Shown piece after piece: positions 29,881-41,295 of a stretch of DNA of 62,918 bases (its first letter is position 1; every line of letters begins with the position of its first letter). A program made the translations under genes and the position numbers. The stretch comes from an uncultured delta proteobacterium (GTDB lineage Bacteria > Myxococcota_A > Polyangia > Fen-1088), in NCBI GenBank assembly GCA_963796685.1, contig CAWCMR010000016.1, forward strand, positions 1 to 62,918. The letters are read 5' to 3'. Under the pieces are notes generated by a model that was given only the letters and a program-made list of their open reading frames with translations, did not search any database and was not told where the DNA came from.

Positions 29881-30651
29881 TCAGGCAGGTCGACCCTTTG
29901 TCGCGCGCGTTTCCTCCGCCTCGGCCAGACGGAACCCGATGCCGCGCACCGTTTGCAGCAGATCGGCCCCCTCGCCCAGCTTGTCGCGAAGGCGCTTGAC
30001 GTGCGTGTCGACCGTCCGGCTGGAAACCTCGGGGTGGTATCCCCAGACCTCAATCAAAAGGTTGCGCCGCGTGCACATGCGCCCGGGCGCGTGCATGAGA
30101 TGAAGGATCAAGCGCATTTCGAGCGCACTGACGCGAACCTCCCGTCCACCGACGAACACGCGGTGCGACTCTTCGTCCACGGTCAGGCTGCCCACCGTCA
30201 GGTGATCGGGTTTGGCGAGCCGGCCGGTACCGACCCCTGCGAGAGCCAGCTCGCGCGTCTTGAGTCTGGCCTCGATGCGCAGGATCAGCTCGCGCACGTT
30301 GAAGGGTTTCACGACATAGTCGTCGGCCCCAGCCTCGAACCCGGCAATCCGATCGGCATCGTCCACGCGCGCCGAAAGGATCACGACCACGGCGCGCTCG
30401 GCCTCGGGCATCTGGTGAATGCGCCGACAGATGTCCAGTCCGGAGATGTCCGGCAGCATGACATCGAGCAAGACCAGATCGGGGTCGAACGCCTCGATGA
30501 GGCGAAGCCCGCTTTGGCCCCGATCGGCGGCTCGAACATCGTACCCGGATGCCTTCAGCGCGTATCCCAGGGAATGGCATAGATCCGCCTCGTCCTCGAC
30601 GATGAGCAGTCGAGCTCGGCGAGCTGCTGGTGATTCCTCGGGTACAGCCAT
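29881..30651 (-). CDS. phoB: OmpR/PhoB-family response regulator
   Basis: Receiver (LIVEDE, LLDVMLP, GADDYVVKPF) plus winged helix SRTVDTHVKRLRDKLG..TVRGIGF; sits in the pst/phoR cluster. Confidence 0.85.
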   Translation of the reverse strand: MAVPEESPAARRARLLIVEDEADLCHSLGYALKASGYDVRAADRGQSGLRLIEAFDPDLVLLDVMLPDISGLDICRRIHQMPEAERAVVVILSARVDDADRIAGFEAGADDYVVKPFNVRELILRIEARLKTRELALAGVGTGRLAKPDHLTVGSLTVDEESHRVFVGGREVRVSALEMRLILHLMHAPGRMCTRRNLLIEVWGYHPEVSSRTVDTHVKRLRDKLGEGADLLQTVRGIGFRLAEAEETRATKGRPA

Positions 30652-30679
30652 CGTTGGTCCAGGATGCAGATGGCCCGTC

Positions 30680-31507
30680 CTAATGGATGGGGAAGTAGCC
30701 GACCTTGGTGACGATCTGCTGCCCCACGGGCGAGAGCGTCCAATCGATGAAAGCCTTCATCTCGCCGGCCGGCTTGTTGCGCAGGTAGAAGAAGAGCGGG
30801 CGAGACAGCGGGTAGGTGCCGTTCTGGACGTTGGCCAGGTCGGGCGAGACCGCGGGGCTCGAGGCGTCCTTCTTGACCTCGAGCACGTGGATGCCCTTGG
30901 CGTAGGCGGCGCCGCCATACCCGATGCCATTCCTCTCCTTGGACACCGCATTCACGACCGCGGCGGTACCCGGCATGCTTTGCGCCCGCACCGAGTAGTC
31001 CGCGTTCTTGAGCACGTGCTCCTTGAAGAAGACGTAGGTGCCCGAGCTGTTCTCGCGCGAGTAGAGGATGATCTTCGCGTCCTTGCCGCCCACTTCCTTC
31101 CAGTTGGTCACCTTGCCCGTGAAGATCAGGCGAAGCTGATCCATGTTCAATTCCTTCACGGGATTGGCGGCGTTCACGTACACCGACAAACCATCGCGCG
31201 CCACGGGAATCTCCTCGCCCGCTGTCTGGTAGCGCTGGCGCAGGTTGTTCTTCTCCGCCTCGCTCATGGTGCGCGACGCCTGGCAGATGTCGGTGGTTCC
31301 GTTGATGAGAGCGCTGATGCCCGTGCCCGAGCCGCCGCCGGTCACCTGGATGGTCGTGCCGGGCGTCTTGGCCATGTACTGCTCGGCCCAGCGCTGCCCC
31401 AGGATGACCATGGTATCCGACCCCTTGATGGTGATGGTGCCGGCCTGCGCAGCCGTGGGGACGGCCAGGACGCAGGTGAACAAGAGAGCTCTCGAAGACA
31501 TCTTCAT
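30680..31507 (-). CDS. pstS: Phosphate ABC transporter substrate-binding protein
   Basis: Signal peptide; IKGSDTM, GGGSGTGI, SRENSSGTY, YPLSRPLF. Confidence 0.92.
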   Translation of the reverse strand: MKMSSRALLFTCVLAVPTAAQAGTITIKGSDTMVILGQRWAEQYMAKTPGTTIQVTGGGSGTGISALINGTTDICQASRTMSEAEKNNLRQRYQTAGEEIPVARDGLSVYVNAANPVKELNMDQLRLIFTGKVTNWKEVGGKDAKIILYSRENSSGTYVFFKEHVLKNADYSVRAQSMPGTAAVVNAVSKERNGIGYGGAAYAKGIHVLEVKKDASSPAVSPDLANVQNGTYPLSRPLFFYLRNKPAGEMKAFIDWTLSPVGQQIVTKVGYFPIH

Positions 31508-31553
31508 CGATGTGTCCTTTCGTCGTTCGGGAAACCGCGAGGTGTCGAGCGAG

Positions 31554-31587
31554 AATGTAGACGGACTCCGTGACAGTCTCGTGACGG
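31554..31587 (-). promoter_or_regulatory. Pho box plus -10 element of the pstS promoter
   Basis: Minus strand CCGTCAC-gaga-CTGTCAC (31587-31570), followed 10 bp later by TACATT (31559-31554). Confidence 0.75.
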
Positions 31588-31810
31588 TGTCGCAACTTCC
31601 TTGCGTCGTCGCCCAGGGTCCTCCGTCCCGGGCACCGGCCGTGCCTCGCCGGGAAAAGGGAAGCTCATGGGATTCTTTTCCTGGTGGACGAACGTTCGCA
31701 CCAGCGACATTCTCCATGATTCACCTTCCCATGGCTCCGCCCCCTTTCATCGCTATGCAACCCGCGCCAGGCACCGCCCGTTCGCCAAGCAATCCGAAGC
31801 GGAGCTGCCC

Positions 31811-33575
31811 ATGCGGATAGGGGCGCGTGGCAAGTTGTTCCTGGTTACGCTGGCTTTGCTCGTCGTGTCCCTGATTACCGCCGAGATCTACTTGCTCCCC
31901 GCCGTCGAGTACGACCTGACCGAGCGTATCCGGCAAGACCTCTACGTGCGCTTGCACCTCGTGGCCGAGCGGGCGGCGAGCTATGCCCGGTCGACGGACA
32001 CCAGCGGCGATTGGGATCACTTGGCGGACCGACTCGGCACGATCGCACAAGCTCGCGTGACCTTCATCCGGGAGGATGGCCGCGTGATCGGCGATTCGGA
32101 GGTCCTGGCCGAAAACCTCGGCACGCTGGAGAACCACCGCGAGCGTCCCGAGGTGGCCGCGGCCTTCGAAGGACACCCGACCGACAACATCCGCTACTCG
32201 GCCACCACGCAAAAACGCATGCTCTACGCCGCCACCCTGGTGCCGGGCAACTCCAAGATTGTCGCGCGCGTGAGCTTGCCCCTGTCCTGGGTGGATCAGG
32301 CCAAGACCAAGACGCGGACCCTGCTTCTCGGCGGGGCCCTGGTGGCGTTGTTGGCTGCGGTGCTGCTGTCGTCCGCGGCGGCGGTTATCCTGTCGCGCGG
32401 CCTGCGCGGGCTGACCGCCGTCGCGCGCCGCATGGCGGGCGGAGAAGCTCGAGGCGCGCAGCCGCCTCGAATCGGCAGACGAGATTGGCGAGCTCGGACG
32501 AACCTTGGACCACCTGGCGGCCAATCTCTCGCGCTCGGTGCGCGAGCTGCGCGACGATCGCGACCTGCTCGGCCGCATCCTCGAGTCCATGCGCGAAGGC
32601 GTCCTGGTCATGGACGGCGAGCACCGCATCCTGCTGGCCAATCCGTCCCTGCGAGAGATGCTGCTGCTCGACTCGGACGTGACGGGGCGTTCGACCATCG
32701 AGGTCATCCGCAACGCCGAGCTGCAATCCATCGTCGAGAAGGCCATCGCCGCGAACGAGCCGATGTTGGGCGAAATCGAGGTCGGCGGCATCAAACCGCG
32801 TCGCCTCCTGGTCCATGCGGCGCGCCTGTCGGGCGAGCCGCGCGCGCTCTTGCTGGTGCTGTTCGACGTGACCGAAACGCGCCGTCTCGAAACCGTGCGC
32901 CGGGATTTCGTGGCCAACGTGTCGCACGAATTGCGCACACCGGTGGCGTCCGTGCGCTCCGCGGCGGAAACCCTGCGCATGGCCATCGAGCACGACCCCC
33001 ATGCCGCCGCCCAATTCATCGATATCATCGAACGCAACGGCAGGCGCCTGGGCGAGCTCATCAACGACCTTCTCGACTTGTCACGCATCGAGGCGAAAGA
33101 GTACCGCTTGAAGGTCGAGACCTCGGATCTACGTCCGCTGTGCGAGAAGACCGTGTCCATCTTCGCCGAGCGCGCCTCGTCGCGAAACATGCACCTTGCC
33201 GTGGATATCCCGGACGGCTTTCCGCCCGCCCTGGTCGACGCGAGTGCCTTCGACCGAATCCTGACCAACCTGGTCGACAACGCCCTCAAGTACTGCCCCG
33301 ATGGGGCCGGCGTCTCGGTGGGCGCACGTGAATCGGGGGCGAAGGTTCAAGTCATCGTGTCGGACAGCGGGCCGGGGATCGACGCCAAGCATCTGCCGCG
33401 CCTCTTCGAGCGTTTCTACCGGGTGGACAACGGCCGGTCGCGCGACATGGGCGGAACCGGCCTGGGCCTATCCATCGTCAAGCACCTGGTCGAGGCCATG
33501 GGTGGCGAGGTCAGCGTGGAGAGCCTGCCCGGCAAGGGCTCGACCTTCGCGTTCACCTTGTCCCGCCCCGAATAG
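31811..33575 (+). CDS. phoR: Phosphate-regulon sensor histidine kinase; +1 frameshift near 32444
   Basis: Two TMs, HAMP restored by removing one base (LEARSRLESADEIGEL), PAS, DFVANVSHELRTP, NLVDNALKY, FERFYRVD..GGTGLGLSIVKH. Confidence 0.88.
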
Positions 33576-33613
33576 CCCGCGTCAGCGGGTACGAAGCCCG
33601 CGGGTCGCGCCCC

Positions 33614-33631
33614 TTGTCACACAACTGTCAC
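33614..33631 (+). promoter_or_regulatory. Pho box upstream of pstC
   Basis: TTGTCAC-acaa-CTGTCAC direct repeat with 11-bp period. Confidence 0.75.
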
Positions 33632-33682
33632 AATAGCGAGGCTCGGCCGCCATGTCGATCTGGCAGTGTTCATCGACCGAGC

Positions 33683-34780
33683 ATGAATGGCAATGACCTC
33701 GAACCGGCCCGACCGATCCCCGAACCCGCGCTCGACTCGTCACCCCAATCCAAAGCCCCAGGCCCGATGAACGCGCCGGCCAGCGACCTTGCCTTCGAGA
33801 ATCCACCACCCGCCGCGCAGAAGCGCCCGCGTAGACTGGAAAGTCGCCCGCCACCTCTCGCCGAGCGCGCCACCGAGCTGTCGATTCGTGTGCTCGCCTA
33901 CTCGGCGGTGGCGGCGATCGTTCTCATCTTCATCTTCATCGCCAAAGAGGCGTGGCCGCTTCTCACCAGCGCGTCGATTCACCGCGAAGTGACCCTGGCC
34001 AAGATGTGGTTCGCCCAGCAATGGCCCGGCTACGATGCGCCCGAGCACGTGTGGCAGCCGGTGTCCGAGATCCCCAAGTACGGGGTTTGGCCGCTCGTCG
34101 TCGGGACCATCAAGGTCACCCTGATCGCCATGCTGGTCGCGGTGCCGCTGGCCATCGGCGCCGCCGTGTTCGTCTCGCAATACGCCGGACGGCGCACGCG
34201 TGAAGTCGTGAAGCCCGCCATCGAGTTTCTGGCGGGAGTTCCCTCGGTGGTGCTGGGCTTCTTCGCCCTGATGGTCATGGCGTCCTGGTTCCAGGACATC
34301 TTCGGATTCGACTCGCGTCTCAACGCCGTCGTCGCGGGCGTGGCCCTGTCGTTCGCGGTCATCCCCGTCGTGTTCACGGTTTGCGAGGAGGCGCTGGGCG
34401 CGGTTCCGCGCAGCTATGTCGAAGCGTCGGCCGCCCTCGGTGCGGCCCGCTGGCAGACCATCACCCGCGTCGTCGTTCCCGCCGCCGCACCGGGCATCCT
34501 GGCCAGCATCGCGCTCGGGCTCGGCCGCGCCTTCGGGGAAACCATGATCGTGCTCATGGCCTCGGGCAACGCCGCGATCCTGTCGGTCAATCCCGCCGAT
34601 TCGGTGCGCACCCTTTCCGCCACCATCGCCGCCGAGCTGGCCGAGGTCGTGTTCGGCGGACCGCACTACACGGTCCTGTTCGCACTGGCGGTGTTGCTGT
34701 TCATCGTCACCTTCGGCATCAATTTCCTCGGCGACCAGGCCATCGCGCGCATGAAGCGCAAGATGGGGGTGGCCTCGTGA
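33683..34780 (+). CDS. pstC: Phosphate ABC transporter permease PstC
   Basis: [21 protein letters not shown] motif, [16 protein letters not shown]; start uncertain (33683 or 33767). Confidence 0.9.
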   Translation: MNGNDLEPARPIPEPALDSSPQSKAPGPMNAPASDLAFENPPPAAQKRPRRLESRPPPLAERATELSIRVLAYSAVAAIVLIFIFIAKEAWPLLTSASIHREVTLAKMWFAQQWPGYDAPEHVWQPVSEIPKYGVWPLVVGTIKVTLIAMLVAVPLAIGAAVFVSQYAGRRTREVVKPAIEFLAGVPSVVLGFFALMVMASWFQDIFGFDSRLNAVVAGVALSFAVIPVVFTVCEEALGAVPRSYVEASAALGAARWQTITRVVVPAAAPGILASIALGLGRAFGETMIVLMASGNAAILSVNPADSVRTLSATIAAELAEVVFGGPHYTVLFALAVLLFIVTFGINFLGDQAIARMKRKMGVAS

Positions 34781-35710
34781 AACGAAAGTCGCTGCGTCCG
34801 TCACGCTGGCCCCACTCCGGCGACGTCGTGCTGTGGCTCGCCACCGGGCTCGCCACCCTGCTCGTCCTGGTGATTCTGCTCGTCATCCTTTTCGACGTGG
34901 TCAGGAACGGCACCCCGCGACTGACGCTCGGGTTTCTCACCAAGGCGCCCACCGATGGCATGACCGCCGGCGGGATCTTTCCCGCCATCTTCGGCACCGT
35001 GGCGATGGTCGTCTTGATGACCATCGCCGCGCTTCCCGCCGGCGTGGCCACCGCCATCTACCTGCACGAGTACGCCCGGCCGACCGGGTGGGCCACGCGC
35101 ACGGTTCGCATCGCCGTGAACAACCTGGCCGGCGTACCGTCCATCGTGTTCGGCCTGTTCGGCCTCGGGTTCTTCGTCCAATTCGTAGGCGGCGGCATGG
35201 ACAAGGTCTTCTACGGCGGCCACAAGGTCTTCGGGCAGCCGGCCCTGATCTGGGCCGCCCTGACCATGGCCATCCTGACCCTGCCGGTGGTCATCGTCGC
35301 CACCGAGGAGGCCCTCTCGAACGTCTCGCCCGACGTACGCCTGGCCTCGGCCGCGCTCGGCGCCACCAAGTTCCAGACCATCGCCCGCGTGGTCCTTCCC
35401 CAGGCAGTTCCCGGCATTCTGACCGGCGCCATCCTGGCCATCAGCCGCGGCGCGGGCGAGGTCGCCCCCATCCTCTTCACCGGGGTCGCCTACTTCCTGC
35501 CCACCCTGCCCCACACGCTGCACGATCAATTCATGCAGCTCGGCTACCACGTCTACGTGCTCGCCACCCAGTCGCCGGACGTGGACGCCACGCGCCCGCT
35601 CCTCTACGCGACGGTGCTCGTTCTTCTCATCCTGACCTTCGCGCTCAACGCTTCCGCCATCCTGGTTCGCTCACGCATGCGACGACACCTATCGAGAAGC
35701 TCGCGGATGA
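34777..35710 (+). CDS. pstA: Phosphate ABC transporter permease PstA (stop read through because of a probable +1 insertion near 35685)
   Basis: GTG overlaps pstC stop; [36 protein letters not shown]; removing one base gives ..MRRTYREARG* ending in an ATGA overlap with pstB. Confidence 0.88.
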
Positions 35711-36498
35711 TCCTGCAAATGGCAATGCCCCTCGAAGATTCGCCCACCGGGAGCCTCGGCGTCCGGCAACTTTCGGTCTACTACGGCGACAAGAAGGCCC
35801 TCGGCCCTGTCACCATGACCATTCCCGGCAAGCAAGTGACCGCCCTCATCGGTCCGTCGGGCTGCGGCAAGTCGACGTTCTTGCGCTCGCTCAACCGCAT
35901 GAACGAGCTGATCCCGGGCTGCCGCGTCGAGGGTACGGTCAAGCTGGACGACGAATCCATCTACGGCCAGGGCGTCGACCCGGTGGCCGTGCGTCGCCGC
36001 ATCGGCATGGTGTTTCAGAAGTCGAACCCCTTCCCGAAATCGATCTACGACAACGTGGCCTACGGCTTGCGTCTGTTGGGCATGGACGACCGCAGCGAGC
36101 TCGGCGGCCGCGTCGAAAGCGCGCTCAAGCGTGCGGCCCTGTGGAAAGAGGTGGAAGATCGCCTGCACGAAAGCGCCCTTGGTCTGTCGGGCGGCCAGCA
36201 ACAGCGCCTGTGCATCGCGCGCGCCCTGGCCGTCGAGCCCGACGTCCTCTTGATGGACGAGCCGGCCTCGGCCCTGGATCCCATCGCCACCGCGCACATC
36301 GAAGAGCTGATTCACGAGCTGGCCAGCGAGTACACCGTGGTCATCGTGACCCACAACATGCAGCAGGCCGCGCGCGTCTCGCACAACACCGCGTTCTTTT
36401 ACATGGGCGACCTCATTGAATTCGACACCACGCAAGTCATCTTTACCAAACCCAGTCAATCCCGCACCGAGGACTACATCACCGGCCGCTTCGGATAG
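35707..36498 (+). CDS. pstB: Phosphate ABC transporter ATPase PstB
   Basis: [49 protein letters not shown]. Confidence 0.95.
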   Translation: MILQMAMPLEDSPTGSLGVRQLSVYYGDKKALGPVTMTIPGKQVTALIGPSGCGKSTFLRSLNRMNELIPGCRVEGTVKLDDESIYGQGVDPVAVRRRIGMVFQKSNPFPKSIYDNVAYGLRLLGMDDRSELGGRVESALKRAALWKEVEDRLHESALGLSGGQQQRLCIARALAVEPDVLLMDEPASALDPIATAHIEELIHELASEYTVVIVTHNMQQAARVSHNTAFFYMGDLIEFDTTQVIFTKPSQSRTEDYITGRFG

Positions 36499-36515
36499 CG
36501 GCGAGGACATACACC

Positions 36516-37232
36516 ATGTTTGGACGTGAGCACACCGACAGAGAGTACGAGCACGAATTGCGCCAGTTGCGCGAGCAACTGCTGGTCATGGGCAGCCACG
36601 TCGAGAGCATCATCGGCGACAGCATCCAGGCGCTCACCGACCGCGACAGCAAGCTGGCCGACCGGACCATCACCGCGGACAAGGTCGTCAACCGCATGGA
36701 GGTCGAGCTCGACGGCCTGTGCTTGCAGATCCTGGCGCGGCGACAGCCCGTGGCCTCCGACCTGCGCTTCATCACCCTGGTCCTCAAGGTGGTGACCGAC
36801 CTCGAACGCATCGCCGACCTGGGCGTGAACATTTGCGAGCGCGTGCTCAAGCTCAACACCGAGCCCCAGCTCAAACCCTACGTCGACATTCCCCACATGG
36901 GCCGCGAGGCCCAGGCCATGCTGCGCGAGGTGCTGGACGCGTTCGTGGCCAAGGACGCCGACCGTGCGCGCAAGATCATCGAGCGCGACGAGGTCGTCGA
37001 CGCGCTCTACGCCCAGGTCTTCCGCGAGCTGCTCACCTTCATGATGGAGAGCGGGCACAACGTGTACCGGGCCACGCGCCTGCAGTCCATCGCCAAGTAC
37101 CTCGAACGCATGGCCGACCACACCACGAACCTGGCCGAGATGGTCATCTTCATGGTCGACGGTCAGGACGTGCGTCACCTGACCAGCCGCGAAGACGCCG
37201 ACGAAGCCGCCCGCCGCCGCGATCACAATTAG
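36516..37232 (+). CDS. phoU: Phosphate signalling protein PhoU
   Basis: RRQPVASDLR, DLERIAD, KYLERMADHTTNLAE. Confidence 0.93.
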   Translation: MFGREHTDREYEHELRQLREQLLVMGSHVESIIGDSIQALTDRDSKLADRTITADKVVNRMEVELDGLCLQILARRQPVASDLRFITLVLKVVTDLERIADLGVNICERVLKLNTEPQLKPYVDIPHMGREAQAMLREVLDAFVAKDADRARKIIERDEVVDALYAQVFRELLTFMMESGHNVYRATRLQSIAKYLERMADHTTNLAEMVIFMVDGQDVRHLTSREDADEAARRRDHN

Positions 37233-37246
37233 GCGATTCACCGCTT

Positions 37247-37268
37247 GGCCCGAGCGGCCCCTCGGGCC
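37247..37268. terminator. Hairpin between convergent genes
   Basis: ggcccgag-6nt-ctcgggcc just after the phoU stop; no U-tract. Confidence 0.45.
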
Positions 37269-37271
37269 GTT

Positions 37272-37859
37272 CTACGGCGCCGAACAGATCGTGTAGCCCG
37301 AACCCTGGTAGCAACCACCGCCGACGGTACCGGCGGGGCACACGCACGAGCACGGATCCCCGCACCCGTCGGCGAGGCCACGGCATTGCGGGGTAGGCAG
37401 CGGATCGGTGCATCCCGGCCGAAAAGCCGCTCCGCCGTAGCTGCTGCACGAATCGACAGGGACCAATCCAAAGCCACATGCACCGCCATCGTCCTGAGCC
37501 AAGCACCGCGGTACCGGACCGCCGCCCATCAGAACACAGGCCTGGCCCGAGCCGCAGGCGGCGGCATCCCCACAGGTCTGGGCAGCGAGATCCACCGCCG
37601 GGTCCACAGCTGGCGGGACATCCCGGCCAGCATCTTGGATGTCCGCCGCGTCGCTCGTGCACAGTTGATCTGGCAGGCCACTGCCATTGCCATCGGGACA
37701 GGCAACCTGCCCTCCCCCATCCGGCGTACCACCGCCCGTCCCGAAAATTCCGCCGCTTCCAACGCCGCCACGGTCGACCGGCCGGAGGGTCATCGGCCGC
37801 CGACTGCTACAAGCGTGCAGAAGCGCGAGAGCTACAAATCCAAACCACGATCGTCTCAT
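37272..37859 (-). CDS. Cys-rich lipoprotein
   Basis: MRRSWFGFVALALLHAC lipobox-like; Gly/Cys-rich body. Confidence 0.6.
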   Translation of the reverse strand: MRRSWFGFVALALLHACSSRRPMTLRPVDRGGVGSGGIFGTGGGTPDGGGQVACPDGNGSGLPDQLCTSDAADIQDAGRDVPPAVDPAVDLAAQTCGDAAACGSGQACVLMGGGPVPRCLAQDDGGACGFGLVPVDSCSSYGGAAFRPGCTDPLPTPQCRGLADGCGDPCSCVCPAGTVGGGCYQGSGYTICSAP

Positions 37860-38040
37860 CGTGTCTTTTCCGCGTCTGGCCGCGATGCAATTCATTCTGC
37901 GCTCTTGGTCGCTGGCGACAAGTGTCGGAGCGCACTTGGGGTACCCGGACACTGCAACCTGCTCTACCCTGGGCAGCCGAGGCCGAGGGTTCGCGGGCTT
38001 GACATGCCGAGATTGTCGGCAGCCAGAGGGTAGAAGTTTT

Positions 38041-39451
38041 GGCTCTCCTGACATCTTCGTAAGGGGAGATCTCGTAGGTGCGACGCACGTCGCCGACGGA
38101 GATGTGGGCGGCATGAGTTTCGGGTGAGGTGGAGACGAAGTGCGCACGGGCACCTGGGGTATCGTGTGGCTTGTCTAGAACCCACAAGCCCAGGAGCCCA
38201 TGCGCGCAACCACCCTATTCCGAAACCTACTCCAATTTCCACATACCCGTGTCCTGGCGGTCGAATTCGATCTGCTTGGCATATTGGTGCACGTGGCGCC
38301 AACGACGACCGTTCCCTACTGCTCAGGCTGCGGATGTCGGGTCCATGACGTGTTCGATGCTCGGGCTCGGAACTGGCGGCATCTGGACGCGTGCGGGATG
38401 GAGGTTCTTCTGCGCTACACCCTGCGCAGGGTTGACTGTCCTCGGTGCGGCGTGGTCATCGAGATGGTCCCTTGGGCCGAGCCGAAGGTCGGCTTCACGC
38501 GTGACTTCGAGGACCACGTGGCCTATCTGGCCCAACAAGCAAGCCAGACGATGGTGGCCGAAACCATGCGCATCGCGTGGCGCACCGTCGGCGCCATCAT
38601 CCAGCGGGTGGTGCCGCGGCACCGAGATCCTAGCCTTCTCCTCGAGGACCTCGAACACATCGGCGTCGACGAGTTGTCGTACCGGCGGCACCATGAGTAC
38701 GTCACCGTCGTTGTCGACCACGTCTCGCAGCGGGTCGTCTGGGCCCACGAGGGCAAGAACGCTGCGACGCTCGGCTGCTTCTTCGACGCTCTCGGCCCGG
38801 AACGAACCAGCAAGCTCAAGACCGTCACCATCGACATGTCCGCGGCCTACATCGACGCGGTCACCTCGCGAGCGCCACAAGCGCAGATCGTCTTCGACCG
38901 CTTCCACGTTCAGAGACTCGTGCAGGAAGCACTCGACGAGCTCCGGCGTGCGGAGGTCCGACTCCTGGAGGACACCGACGAACGCGGGCAACTGAAGAAG
39001 ACCAAGTACCTTCTGCTCAAGAATCCGTGGAACCTATCCAGGGCCGAGTCTGAGAGGCTGTCGACCCTCCCGAAGACCAATGCCCGACTCTATCGCGGCT
39101 ACCTGCTCAAGATCGCCATCTGCGACATCCTCGGTCGTCGCCAGGTCAACGTCGTCAAACAGAAGCTCGAAGAATGGATCAGTTGGGCCAGGCGATCCAG
39201 ACTACCTTCCTTCAAGAAGGTCGCCGCGACCATCAAGAAATACCTGGACGGCATCGTGGCCATTGTCGCCACAGGGCTCAATAACGGAAGAACCGAGGGC
39301 CTTAATGGCAAGATCAGGGTCATCACCCGCAGGGCCTATGGCTTCCACAACGCTCAAGCCCTCATTGGCTTCATCTTCCTCTGCTGCTCAGGCGTTGTCC
39401 TTCATCCCGTCTTCAAGGTGCCCGCGCTTCCATGAAGATGTCAGGAGAGCC
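38041..39451 (+). mobile_element. ISL3-family insertion sequence (1411 bp)
   Basis: 18-bp perfect terminal inverted repeats ggctctcctgacatcttc; single transposase; flanks (gaagtttt / tgaaattt) are not a matching target duplication. Confidence 0.92.
38200..39435 (+). CDS. ISL3-family transposase
   Basis: Zinc ribbon CSGC..CPRC, IGVDE, TIDMS, FDRFHV, NGRTEGLNGKIRVITRRAYGF. Confidence 0.95.
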   Translation: MRATTLFRNLLQFPHTRVLAVEFDLLGILVHVAPTTTVPYCSGCGCRVHDVFDARARNWRHLDACGMEVLLRYTLRRVDCPRCGVVIEMVPWAEPKVGFTRDFEDHVAYLAQQASQTMVAETMRIAWRTVGAIIQRVVPRHRDPSLLLEDLEHIGVDELSYRRHHEYVTVVVDHVSQRVVWAHEGKNAATLGCFFDALGPERTSKLKTVTIDMSAAYIDAVTSRAPQAQIVFDRFHVQRLVQEALDELRRAEVRLLEDTDERGQLKKTKYLLLKNPWNLSRAESERLSTLPKTNARLYRGYLLKIAICDILGRRQVNVVKQKLEEWISWARRSRLPSFKKVAATIKKYLDGIVAIVATGLNNGRTEGLNGKIRVITRRAYGFHNAQALIGFIFLCCSGVVLHPVFKVPALP

Positions 39452-40820
39452 TGAAATTTTGTGTGATGACTCAGAGGCTTCCAGACAAGCCTATCTGGAC
39501 TTCCGCCACAAGTATGACTACCCGATTAGCAGGGCGAGCTATGTGAGCCTTTCGCCACCGCACAATGAGTTCTTTGGCTATATGGTGGATCGACAGATCG
39601 GAAAAGGTCTATTTGGGCGCGTGTATCACGCTCTTGATCAACAGGGCAACTCGGTCGCGATAAAGATCTTGAAAGATGATGTTCGAGAGAATCCAAAGCT
39701 CCTGTCTGCATTTCGCAGGGGTGTTCGTTCTATGGAAATACTTTCCGACAACAAGATTCCCGGAATGGTCCCATACTTGCTTTCGTTTGAGATTCCGACA
39801 TGCGTGATTAAGGACTATGTTGATGGACCGAATCTGGACGCCGCAATTGCCTCAGGTCGAATTGGGGATTGGTCCAGTAAGCTGCGTGTCGCTTGGTCTC
39901 TTGTAGGGATAATAAGAGCTGGTCATTTACTTCCAGAACGGGTTTTGCACCGCGATCTTCGCCCGCAGAACATTATGCTCCGCGAGTCGCATTTAGGTGA
40001 ACCACCAGAAGTTGTTGTCTTGGACTTTGACCTTTCCTGGCATAAGGACGCGGCGGAGAAATCGGTAGATCTGGGGAGCGCGGCGGCACTCGCATACGCT
40101 GCTCCAGAGCAGCTTCATCCCGTACCCGGTGTCTCCACCAGAAATGCATTGGTGGACTCGTTTGGAATCGGAATGACCCTTTTTCACTTGTTCTCTGGAG
40201 AGTCACCAACGCCCGGTGACTACAAGAGACATGAGTGGCACGACACTGTTCGGAGTAAACTGTTTCGCTACTCTTGTCGGGATTGGCGATCCTTGCCCGC
40301 TCGCCTCGCCGGACTCATCTTTAGGTCGACGCGTGTCGAGCAAGCACGCAGGTGTGACTGCTCAGCGATCGAACGGGAGTTGGAACGTCTCCTTGTCGCC
40401 ACCACGCAACCCGATCAAGTGCAAGCGGCTGAATTGTGGGCAGACGAGTTAGCTGCGCGTTCGTGGGGTATTGAGAACTACAAATGGAGTCACGATGGTC
40501 TCCTTGCTCGCAAAGTCTTTGCCAACGGTGTGGGGATAACCCTACGCGGCGATGAGAATGCTCGAACGGTATTTCTCGAGTCGAGTTGGTCGTCCGCTGG
40601 GGAGGACAACTGGCGAAATGTTGGCAAATTCCTACAAAGCGCAGCTGAAAGGTCAGTTTCGATCCTGAAATCTGGAGCTTGGCAGGAGGTGCGCAAAGAA
40701 AGGGGAGAAAAGAGTCTCAGGATCGAGGCCAAGATCCCAGTCAACGTACTTCAATCAGGGCGCATGTCGGACGCATCTCGGGGTGTGAGTGATCTCGCGA
40801 ACGCGCTGTCTCTCTTTTGA
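39432..40820 (+). CDS. Ser/Thr protein kinase, 5'-truncated by ISL3 (first codons supplied by the IS end)
   Basis: GKGLFGRV, VAIK, LHRDLRPQNIML, LDFDLS, YAAPEQ; visibly lower GC; MKMSGE(P) is encoded within the right TIR. Confidence 0.75.
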   Translation: MKMSGEPEILCDDSEASRQAYLDFRHKYDYPISRASYVSLSPPHNEFFGYMVDRQIGKGLFGRVYHALDQQGNSVAIKILKDDVRENPKLLSAFRRGVRSMEILSDNKIPGMVPYLLSFEIPTCVIKDYVDGPNLDAAIASGRIGDWSSKLRVAWSLVGIIRAGHLLPERVLHRDLRPQNIMLRESHLGEPPEVVVLDFDLSWHKDAAEKSVDLGSAAALAYAAPEQLHPVPGVSTRNALVDSFGIGMTLFHLFSGESPTPGDYKRHEWHDTVRSKLFRYSCRDWRSLPARLAGLIFRSTRVEQARRCDCSAIERELERLLVATTQPDQVQAAELWADELAARSWGIENYKWSHDGLLARKVFANGVGITLRGDENARTVFLESSWSSAGEDNWRNVGKFLQSAAERSVSILKSGAWQEVRKERGEKSLRIEAKIPVNVLQSGRMSDASRGVSDLANALSLF

Positions 40821-41210
40821 CTCCATGGGCAGCCGTGTCCTCCGAGACCAACGCGGCCACCGCCCAGTCATGGTCCGGTCGACTCCCATCCCACAGCAGC
40901 ACGTTCGTCTCCGCCCCGATGTCCAGCCCGCGCTCTTCCGCCCACTCGCGCAGAAGCGCCACCGCATCTTCGCTGGCCTCGCGCGCCGGTACCGCAAGTA
41001 CTTCCCGTCCATCCGGCGCCCTGAAGGCAATTCACCGTTGGCCGTCCGGGCGACCGACCAACCGCCTTGGTGGACCAGGTGGTGATGGTGCATGCACAGC
41101 AGGGAAAGGTTGTTCATGGTGGTGGGTCCGCCGTGCCTTCCAGTGCTGGATGTGGTGGCCGTGCAGAAAGCGGTCGTGGGTACAGCCGGGGAAGGTGTAA
41201 CCGGGGTCAC
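40821..41210 (-). pseudogene. C-terminal remnant of an HNH endonuclease (DUF222-type)
   Basis: FPGCTHDRFLHGHHIQHWK/HGGPTTMNNLSLLCMHHHHLVH across two frameshifts; no N-terminus; boundaries approximate. Confidence 0.7.
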
Positions 41211-41238
41211 GGAGAGTGAGGGCTCGGCGTCCGGGGAG

Positions 41239-41295
41239 CCCCTCACCCGACGCGCTTCGCGCACTCGACCTCTCCCCGCTGCGCGGGGCGAGGTG
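41239..41295. repeat. REP-like palindromic element
   Basis: cccctcacccg..cgcttcgcg..cctctccccgctgcgcggggcgaggtg; matches 1-25 and the reverse complement of 4053-4103. Confidence 0.7.

Noticed and set aside
34777-36498. PstA-PstB fusion protein
   Set aside because: Removing one base near 35685 gives a normal PstA end and an ATGA overlap with pstB; consistent with the other +1 errors
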